A DNA stretch of 64,000 bases, taken from contig OY760686.1 in assembly GCA_963663865.1 (NCBI GenBank), positions 1,312,001-1,376,000 on the forward strand. The letters run 5' to 3'. A model generated the notes under the pieces. It was given only the letters and a program-made list of their open reading frames with translations. It searched no databases and was not told where the DNA came from. The position numbers and the translations under genes were made by a program. Source of the DNA: Spirochaetota bacterium (GTDB lineage: Bacteria; Spirochaetota; UBA4802; UBA5550). Positions 57,313 through 64,000 of this stretch are shown here, in pieces. The first letter of the stretch is position 1. Each line of letters starts with the position of its first letter.

Positions 57313-58949
57313 TGCTGAGCGTTATCCTGCGGAAGTATGTCCTTTCCATGCTGTGTATTGCCGTCATCATTCGTGGCAGGTTCAGGTTTGAGCAACTTCG
57401 CTTCAGGTTTTATCTGCGTTTTATTCTTAATCTCTTCACTTGTCTCATCTTCTATTTCATGAGTCTCATTTTTCTGTTCGCTCTTATCTGTTATTAATTT
57501 TTCAGATTCAGCCTGTTTTGTCGGTTCAAGAGATTTTCTGTATTCCTGCATTACAGCAATGAAGTCTTTCTCTTTTTCTGCTTTTTCTTTTATTGAACTG
57601 TCATACAGAATGGGGGTCAATATTCTCCCGGCTTTTTCGACCATGTCGGAACGGGCACAGGCAAGGGCATGCAGATATCTGTCCTGATTAGACATGGAGG
57701 TTATAAGGCTGAAGGTTTTTTCAGCTTTTGTGTACTTTTTAAGATAAAAAGACGATTTTGCTGAAATAAGAAGGAGTTCGTTGGCTGGTTTAATCTCTAT
57801 AAGATTGTCGGCAATCTCTTCCGATCTGGTGTATGATTTCTTGTCAAAGCTGGCCCTGGCTAGTATGTTGAGCGCGGTGTAGTATGAGCGTCTGACGCCG
57901 GTTTCAGATTTTGCAATTTTATTAAAAAGTCTGTTAAAGATTTCAATATACTTATCATCACCCTGACTGTAATATATGCTGCCGAGCTGGAGAAGACATC
58001 CTGGATCGTTAGGCTTTATCGCGGACGCAGTTTGAAGTGTTTTAATGGCATTGTCATAGTCTCTTTGTTTGATGTAGACTGCTGACTCAATCAACAACGG
58101 GTCGATGTTGCTCCGGTCCAGACTGTGAGCCCTCGAAGAATGCTCAAGCGCCCTGTCGTAGCTGTTAACAGCATAATATGCCCGGCATAGCTTGGTATGC
58201 AGTATCGATTCTGTTTTGCTATCTAAAAAACCGAATTCGAGAGCTTTCTCCAGGTGGGGGACTGCCTCTGAATACCTTCCCATGTTGATGAGCGAATCTG
58301 CAAGCGCGATATGCGCAGCTGCGTGAATCGGGACTTTATCAACCACCTCTTTGAAGTATGACGAGGCCTGAGAGTCTTTCCCCGAAGAAGAAAGGATGAG
58401 GGCTATTTCAAATCTGGGGGCAAGAAAATCCCTGTCCATGCCGGCAGCCTCTCGGAGAATAGAGAGCGCTTTTTCCGGATCACTCCGCTTGAGATTAATA
58501 GCTGTTGTATACTTTTCAATTGCTTCGGGATTGTCTGTCCAGAGAAGCCTGTTGATTAGCTTCTCAACCTTTTCGCGCGCTGAGTTATCTCTGAGCCTGC
58601 GCCACATATTCTTTGAAGTCCTGGCGAGAGACTGCGTGTCTCCCCGCTGCTCGGACAGAACAACAAGGTTCCAATAGGAATTGACGAGATACTTCCGGGT
58701 TGTAGGCCTTTCAGTGGCAAGCCTGTAATACTTTTCGGCTTCAGTGAAGTTGCCCTGCAGCTTCTCTATCTCTCCGAGGAAATAGTAGCTGTTGCCGCTT
58801 TTTGAGGTCTCAGCAGCTTTTAAAAACAGCTCTTTTGCCCTGTCATACTTTTTGTAAACGAAGCTGCTCCTTGCCTGTGAGTAATAATCGGCGTAAACAG
58901 CCGATGAAAAAGTAGTCAGTATTATGGCTATTGGAATAATTATTTTCAT
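57309..58949 (-). CDS. secreted TPR protein
   Basis: signal peptide (AVYA); TPR-like repeats; charged disordered tail. Confidence 0.8.
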   Translation of the reverse strand: MKIIIPIAIILTTFSSAVYADYYSQARSSFVYKKYDRAKELFLKAAETSKSGNSYYFLGEIEKLQGNFTEAEKYYRLATERPTTRKYLVNSYWNLVVLSEQRGDTQSLARTSKNMWRRLRDNSAREKVEKLINRLLWTDNPEAIEKYTTAINLKRSDPEKALSILREAAGMDRDFLAPRFEIALILSSSGKDSQASSYFKEVVDKVPIHAAAHIALADSLINMGRYSEAVPHLEKALEFGFLDSKTESILHTKLCRAYYAVNSYDRALEHSSRAHSLDRSNIDPLLIESAVYIKQRDYDNAIKTLQTASAIKPNDPGCLLQLGSIYYSQGDDKYIEIFNRLFNKIAKSETGVRRSYYTALNILARASFDKKSYTRSEEIADNLIEIKPANELLLISAKSSFYLKKYTKAEKTFSLITSMSNQDRYLHALACARSDMVEKAGRILTPILYDSSIKEKAEKEKDFIAVMQEYRKSLEPTKQAESEKLITDKSEQKNETHEIEDETSEEIKNKTQIKPEAKLLKPEPATNDDGNTQHGKDILPQDNAQQ

Positions 58950-59064
58950 TTTTAAGTTCCGGGTACGGCCTGAGGGCCGTTATTATTTACTTGATTTATT
59001 CATTCTATCAATGCATTTGTCAACATATTTTGACCGCTATCCATTGCCATAATCGGGTTATATA

Positions 59065-60612
59065 ATGAGTTCATTGATTCGTTCTACCGGCATTATCGCC
59101 GCTTCAACTCTTGCCAGCAGGGTAATGGGTTTTCTCAGAGACATGCTCATGGCGTCGTTTTTTGGCGCAACCGGTTCAACCGACGCCTTTTTTGTGGCTT
59201 TTAAGATTCCAAATCTTTTCAGAAGGTTTGTGGCCGAGGGCTCCCTGACTATTTCCTTTATACCGGTTTATACCGATTATTTGTTAAAAAAAGGGGAGGA
59301 TGAGGCTCTGTGGCTGGCGCAAAAAACTTTTTCAATTCTCATACTTATCCTGATAACAATTATAGGTGTGGGAGAGTTTTTCTCGCCGGAAATTGTGAAG
59401 CTGTTCGCGATGGGGTTCTCTGACCAGACCAGCTATTTTCTTGCTGTTGATTTGACACGCATTATGTTTCCGTATCTTTTTTTTGTAAGCCTTGTGGCTT
59501 TTTCAATGGGTGTCCTGAATTCCAGGGGTTATTTTTTCGCACCTGCTTTCGCACCTGTTTTCCTCAATGTCGGAATGATAACCGGTATTATTGTTTTGAG
59601 TTCATTTTTTACTCAGCCGCTGTACGGAGTTGCTGTAGGTGTTATTGCCGGCGGTGTGATGCAGGTAATTCTTCAGATTCCATATCTTATTAAGGCCGGA
59701 TTCCGGATGAAGCTTTCATTTGATTTTCGACATCCGGGTATCAGGAAAATAATGAAGCTGCTTGGTCCGGCCGTCTTCGGTATGGCGATTTATCAGATTA
59801 ACAGCGTAGTGCTGACGGTACTTGCTTCATTTCTGGACGCAGGAAGTATAAGCTATATATACTACTCCGACCGTTTAACTGAGCTTGTCCTGGGGGTATT
59901 TATTGTTTCGATTGGCAATGCGATACTGCCCAGTTTGTCACGTCACACATCTAACGATGATGTTGAAGGCCTGAAAGCGCTGTACTTAAAGTCGATATCG
60001 GGGGCCTTTGTTCTTGCGCTTCCAGCTGCGGTAATTCTGACAGTTTTCGGGTATCAGATTATATCAGTACTGTTTTTAAGAAATGAGTTCACTCCAAACG
60101 ATGCATTGATGACCTATCGAGCGTTGTTTTACGCAGGGCTTGGTCTATTGCCGGTTTCAATTCTGAGGCTGACTACCCCCGTTTATTATGCCATGAAGGA
60201 CACAAGGACACCTGTAAGGATTTCAGCTGTTTCTATGATTATCAATCTGGGGCTTGGAGCGCTGCTGATGAGAACCGGACTTAAGCATGCCGGACTCACT
60301 CTCGCTTTGTCTGTCGCTACTACCGTTCAGGTAATTTTACTTGTTGCCGTTTTGAGGAAAAGAACAGGGCCTATGGGTATTAAGAAATACATTCGGGGAT
60401 TGGCCGGCACTCTTGCAGCCTCTGCTGTTATGGGTGCTGTGTTTTTCTTAATGAGAGATATTGCTGACTGGAATGATGCTTCGCTGCCTTGCAGAGCAGG
60501 AGCTTTGACTGCGTCTTTAGTGACAGGGGCATTGGCTTTTCTGATAGTCAGTTACGCAGCTGGTGTCGGAGAGGTAAGGTTTATTATAAGGCGTTTTATT
60601 TTTCGGAAATAA
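59065..60612 (+). CDS. murJ: lipid II flippase MurJ (MviN)
   Basis: SRV.GF.RD, DAFFVAFKIPNLFRR..AEG, FIPV, R..FPY, Y.DRL.EL. Confidence 0.96.
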   Translation: MSSLIRSTGIIAASTLASRVMGFLRDMLMASFFGATGSTDAFFVAFKIPNLFRRFVAEGSLTISFIPVYTDYLLKKGEDEALWLAQKTFSILILILITIIGVGEFFSPEIVKLFAMGFSDQTSYFLAVDLTRIMFPYLFFVSLVAFSMGVLNSRGYFFAPAFAPVFLNVGMITGIIVLSSFFTQPLYGVAVGVIAGGVMQVILQIPYLIKAGFRMKLSFDFRHPGIRKIMKLLGPAVFGMAIYQINSVVLTVLASFLDAGSISYIYYSDRLTELVLGVFIVSIGNAILPSLSRHTSNDDVEGLKALYLKSISGAFVLALPAAVILTVFGYQIISVLFLRNEFTPNDALMTYRALFYAGLGLLPVSILRLTTPVYYAMKDTRTPVRISAVSMIINLGLGALLMRTGLKHAGLTLALSVATTVQVILLVAVLRKRTGPMGIKKYIRGLAGTLAASAVMGAVFFLMRDIADWNDASLPCRAGALTASLVTGALAFLIVSYAAGVGEVRFIIRRFIFRK

Positions 60613-60649
60613 TGTCATGGGGAGGGCCATTATCCCCCCCCAAAAAAAA

Positions 60650-62203
60650 TTAAAGCATTTCCTTTGACGCCTTAAGTGCAAGGGCGGCAATTGTAAGACT
60701 TGGATTTACTGACCCGCCTGACGGCATTACGCTGGAATCAATTACAAAAAGGTTCTTCATTCCCCATACCCGGCAGTCAGGACCGACCACTGAGGTGTCC
60801 GGATTGCTGCCCATGCGGCATGTGCTGAGCGCGTGAGAAAAGGTTTCAATGGGCATTGTATAGTAAAAGAGCGCTCCCGACTTAATGAGAATTCTTCTCG
60901 CCTTTGCGTAGAGCGCGCCTCTGGCTTCAATATCCCTCTTGGAATAACGGTGAAAAATTTTCATCTCCGGCATGCCGTATTTGTCCTTTTTGCTGAAATC
61001 GGCAAAAACCCTGTTGTCGTAGTTTGGCGTGTCTTCAGCGATACAGAGTAGATTTATAAGATAATCGGAAGCGATGCCGGCGGCTGTTTTAAGGCCGAAC
61101 GGTGCATTTGCCTTGATGACGCCTTTGCCGATGCTTGAAACGTCCTGGATGACTCCCCATGGACCCGAGGGGCTGCTTTTTTTTCGTGGGTCGCCGTAGT
61201 AGAAGTCGGTCAGGGCTATCTGCTTCTGAAGCCTGTGTTCTTTGTTGGTTTTATAGGGGAAAATGCCGGCAACGACTCCATTTGCATGTCTCATAAGATA
61301 GCGGCCGATGTTTATGTTGTCAGCTGCGCTGTCGATTCCTGAAGCAAGCAGCAGATGCGGTGATGATAGAGCGCCAGCGGCAATGATTATTGTTTGTCCG
61401 GATATTGTCGAAGTTTCCATCGTCGATTGGTTTATAATATCGACTGAAACAGCCCTGTCGCCTTTTGTGTTAATTTTTACTGCCCGGTGTTCAGAAAGTA
61501 CAACCGCGCCTTTTTGTTCGGCCTTCGGCAGAATCATGACGTCCAGATCGTTCTTTGCTTCAATCTTGCAGAGGTAGTGATCGCATGTTGAACAGAGGAT
61601 GCACTTGTTTTTGCCGTGCTTTCCGCTAAAGTTTATAGCCATTGGCAGAAAGAACGGGTTGAGGCCCAGCTTTTTTGAGGCATCCCAGATTCTTTTAGAC
61701 GGAGGGGAAAGCGTTGTGTCCGGGGCATGCGGATATTCTTCCGGCGCAAATGGTTCAGTTTTGTCTTTTCCTCTGATTCCGGCGATTCCGAGCAGGCGTT
61801 CAGCCTCAAGGTAGTAGGGTGATAGTTTTTTGTAAGTATAGGGCCAAACTGTATCGGGATCTCGTTCATCAGTGCCGGGCAAGGGCGCTCCCAGGAAATC
61901 GTCCTCGCGCATTCTGAATGAAACAGCTCCGTAGAGTGTTGACATTCCGCCGACAGTGTCGTCAAACCAGTCTTTTTTATATCCGCCTCTTTTCTGGTTA
62001 ACGAAAAAGGGGACATCATTGCGGTACATGGGGGCTTTCAGGTGAAGCTTGACCTCGTCCCAGCATGAATCGTCTCTAATCGGTTTTTTGCCTCTTTCTA
62101 TGACAAGAACTTCTTTTCCGGCCGACGCAAGCCTGTAGGCTGTCATTGCTCCGCCAAAACCGCTTCCTATAATGATGTACTCGTAGCTTTTTTTCAGCTT
62201 CAT
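60650..62203 (-). CDS. GMC-family FAD oxidoreductase
   Basis: IIIGSGFGG, LVIERG, VGGMS, CILCSTC, AAGAL.SP.LLL.SG, H.L.TCRMG, NPSLTI.ALA. Confidence 0.92.
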   Translation of the reverse strand: MKLKKSYEYIIIGSGFGGAMTAYRLASAGKEVLVIERGKKPIRDDSCWDEVKLHLKAPMYRNDVPFFVNQKRGGYKKDWFDDTVGGMSTLYGAVSFRMREDDFLGAPLPGTDERDPDTVWPYTYKKLSPYYLEAERLLGIAGIRGKDKTEPFAPEEYPHAPDTTLSPPSKRIWDASKKLGLNPFFLPMAINFSGKHGKNKCILCSTCDHYLCKIEAKNDLDVMILPKAEQKGAVVLSEHRAVKINTKGDRAVSVDIINQSTMETSTISGQTIIIAAGALSSPHLLLASGIDSAADNINIGRYLMRHANGVVAGIFPYKTNKEHRLQKQIALTDFYYGDPRKKSSPSGPWGVIQDVSSIGKGVIKANAPFGLKTAAGIASDYLINLLCIAEDTPNYDNRVFADFSKKDKYGMPEMKIFHRYSKRDIEARGALYAKARRILIKSGALFYYTMPIETFSHALSTCRMGSNPDTSVVGPDCRVWGMKNLFVIDSSVMPSGGSVNPSLTIAALALKASKEML

Positions 62204-62246
62204 GATATCCCCCCTGGATTGAAACGGATTTTAATGAACCGATATG

Positions 62247-62744
62247 TCAGATAAATGGCCAGACAGCTTCCTGATAAGCTCTGACGAGCAGTAAAAGAAA
62301 GGCGCCGCCCTCAAGTATCCAGGTCCATGCCTGCTGATAGGTTCCCTTGAAACTGATCCAGCCGTATGCCCCCGTGTCAGCCCACAGATTGAAGGTGAAA
62401 CGTTTTTTTGTGAAAGGCAGAAAAATTGGAAGTCCGACGCTGCTTGGCATATCAGCAAGCAGGTGGATAATGAGGCTCACGAACGCAATAGATGCCCATC
62501 CCCAGTTAAATGGAAGAAGAATTAGTCCAACCAGAATAGGTAAAAGAAGCGAATGCGACCATGTGCAATGAAAGGCCTTTGGAGCCAGCTTGAGCATTAT
62601 TGGAAGTCCGTCCAGATTTGGGAGCTCGTGAGCGATGAGCGCGACAGCCATTGCTTCGATTGAGAAGGCATCAATCTGCCCTCCTGTAAGCTCAGGTGCG
62701 AATGATGATATTGTTAATGCTACTGCGAAATGTCCTGCCTGCAT
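62247..62744 (-). CDS. membrane-bound metal-dependent hydrolase (YdjM-like)
   Basis: H near N-terminus, LP.LD, H..W.HS, H.L.D, G.P.F.PF; hydrophobic. Confidence 0.72.
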   Translation of the reverse strand: MQAGHFAVALTISSFAPELTGGQIDAFSIEAMAVALIAHELPNLDGLPIMLKLAPKAFHCTWSHSLLLPILVGLILLPFNWGWASIAFVSLIIHLLADMPSSVGLPIFLPFTKKRFTFNLWADTGAYGWISFKGTYQQAWTWILEGGAFLLLLVRAYQEAVWPFI

Positions 62745-62795
62745 GTTGTCCTCCAGAGTTTTTACAGGTAAAATGCGTGGTTCGATGAACCAGGT

Positions 62796-63485
62796 TTATG
62801 ATGAAGCTATTATACTTTTTATTCTATCAGTGTCTTTAAGATCCTTAAACAGGTAATCGGGGTTATGTTCTTTAAGCGTATCTTCGGGTGTCCATCCGGT
62901 AGATACCGCGATGCTAACTGAGCCTGATTTTTTCGCGCACTCTATGTCGAAAATGGTATCTCCGATTATAAATGTCCTCTTCGGCGGAACACTGTCTCCT
63001 GTAGCTTCCTGCAGTTTCCTGAGGGCTATATCCGGCATCTGATTCCTTATGTGGGTGTCGTCCGAGAACGCCCCAAAGCTGAAATAATGAGAAAGCGAAA
63101 ATTTATCCAGTTTGACAAAGGCGCTTTGCCTGAAGTTTCCTGTCAGGAGGCCAATGTGATTTCGGGAATCTTCCCTGAGAGCACAAAGTATTTCGCGTAT
63201 TCCCGGCATCAGAACACACTCATTCTTTTTTATCTGCAATTGCAGAAGTTTGATATATAGCGCTTTAAACTTCTGCAGTCCCCTGTCAATCATATCGCTG
63301 TCAATTCCAGCCGGCTCCAGGTTCTCATATAGCAGCTGGAGGTCGGTTCTTCCCTGATAGCTGCAAACATCAAGAGTTCCGAAAGAGCCGTAAGTTTCAA
63401 GGGAAGCCTTGACGAAGGCTTCTTTGCCGGCTCTACCTGAATGCATGATGGTTCCGTCTATGTCAAAGAGTACAGCTTTTTTCAC
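62796..63485 (-). CDS. HAD-superfamily phosphatase
   Basis: LFDIDGT, LLTGN, IIGDT..D. Confidence 0.9.
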   Translation of the reverse strand: MKKAVLFDIDGTIMHSGRAGKEAFVKASLETYGSFGTLDVCSYQGRTDLQLLYENLEPAGIDSDMIDRGLQKFKALYIKLLQLQIKKNECVLMPGIREILCALREDSRNHIGLLTGNFRQSAFVKLDKFSLSHYFSFGAFSDDTHIRNQMPDIALRKLQEATGDSVPPKRTFIIGDTIFDIECAKKSGSVSIAVSTGWTPEDTLKEHNPDYLFKDLKDTDRIKSIIASS

Positions 63486-63766
63486 TTATCCTTTTCCCTG
63501 GCTTCACGGGCTATGATCTCTTCAACCATTTCCTCTGCAGTTCTGTTCTGGTCATAAAAGTTAATTTTGAGATATCTCTTTTTTGCGGCCCTTGAAAAGG
63601 GGTCAAAGAGAAGGGCAAAACCAATTCCTGGGAAAAGCGAGAAGAAGAAAACCAGACCCGTTTGGACCGCAGTGAACGGCCTTTCAGGTACTTCGAAAAA
63701 GTAGATTACGAGAAACCCTATGATTGCTGTAAATAGTACCGAAAGAAATGGTGTTCGTTTATGCAT
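63482..63766 (-). CDS. small hypothetical membrane protein (2 TM)
   Basis: SD AGAGGA; two hydrophobic helices; stop overlaps HAD start (GTGA). Confidence 0.7.
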   Translation of the reverse strand: MHKRTPFLSVLFTAIIGFLVIYFFEVPERPFTAVQTGLVFFFSLFPGIGFALLFDPFSRAAKKRYLKINFYDQNRTAEEMVEEIIAREAREKDK

Positions 63767-63950
63767 TGTTATTTCCTCTATAAATTTTAGAATTTAACAA
63801 TAATTTTTTCATTCATTATTAATCAACAAAAAAATCTGAACTTGATTTATGCTTACAACTTTAACTTGACCATTGGACTGGCATCTGTATTTTCATAGTT
63901 GTGCTGAATTGTGGCCGGGTATAATTGATGCTTAAAGGGAGATTGACAGG

Positions 63951-64000
63951 GTGAATGCTTCTAAAAAAAAGGTTATCATTGCGGGTGCGGGCGAAGCCGG
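63951..64000 (+). CDS. 5' fragment of a Rossmann-fold protein (possibly CapD-like sugar epimerase/dehydratase); truncated by window end
   Basis: GTG AAT GCT TCT AAA AAA AAG GTT ATC ATT GCG GGT GCG GGC GAA GCC = ..KKVIIAGAGEA. Confidence 0.55.
   Translation, partial: MNASKKKVIIAGAGEA

Noticed and set aside
60618-60649. terminator between murJ and the GMC gene
   Set aside because: The G/C hairpin is imperfect and no U-tract follows it on either strand.

Overview
Bacterial chromosomal window. Gene order and protein style suggest a spirochaete, most likely a Leptospira-related anaerobe (inference from synteny: rpoN-hpf-hprK-ptsH-ntrY/X-priA; zapB-zapA-cheW-cheA-cheB-cheY-scpAB-pheA-tyrA-cmk-rpsA; acp-rnc-nudix-aroB). 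About 20-60 kb is mostly housekeeping: a sigma54/PTS operon, tRNA-Val(GAC), thrS-infC-rpmI-rplT, a probable 6S RNA, chemotaxis, aromatic biosynthesis and murJ. The first 19 kb is accessory and holds the most interesting features. (1) An ECF sigma / zinc-finger FecR-type anti-sigma pair sits divergent from a small Q/N/K-rich secreted protein and an outer-membrane barrel. The same bipartite promoter motif, TGWCACTTTT-N11-CGGTTKTAT, lies in front of both the anti-sigma and the secreted-protein operon. (2) An Orange-protein (ORP)-type Fe-S/metal-cluster locus has an OrpR-like PAS sigma54 activator, a consensus -24/-12 promoter that appears to give a leaderless mRNA, and two candidate enhancer palindromes. 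Other oddities are a CheA fused to a CheC-like phosphatase domain, an HPF with a duplicated C-terminal domain, a structured RNA between rpmI and rplT, several apparently degenerate enzymes (UDG-like protein, chorismate mutase domain, ABC ATPase), and an rpmF-acp-rnc block with no plsX/fab genes. No transposase, integrase, prophage, rRNA or true CRISPR array was seen. All product calls come from motif recognition by eye, not database searches.
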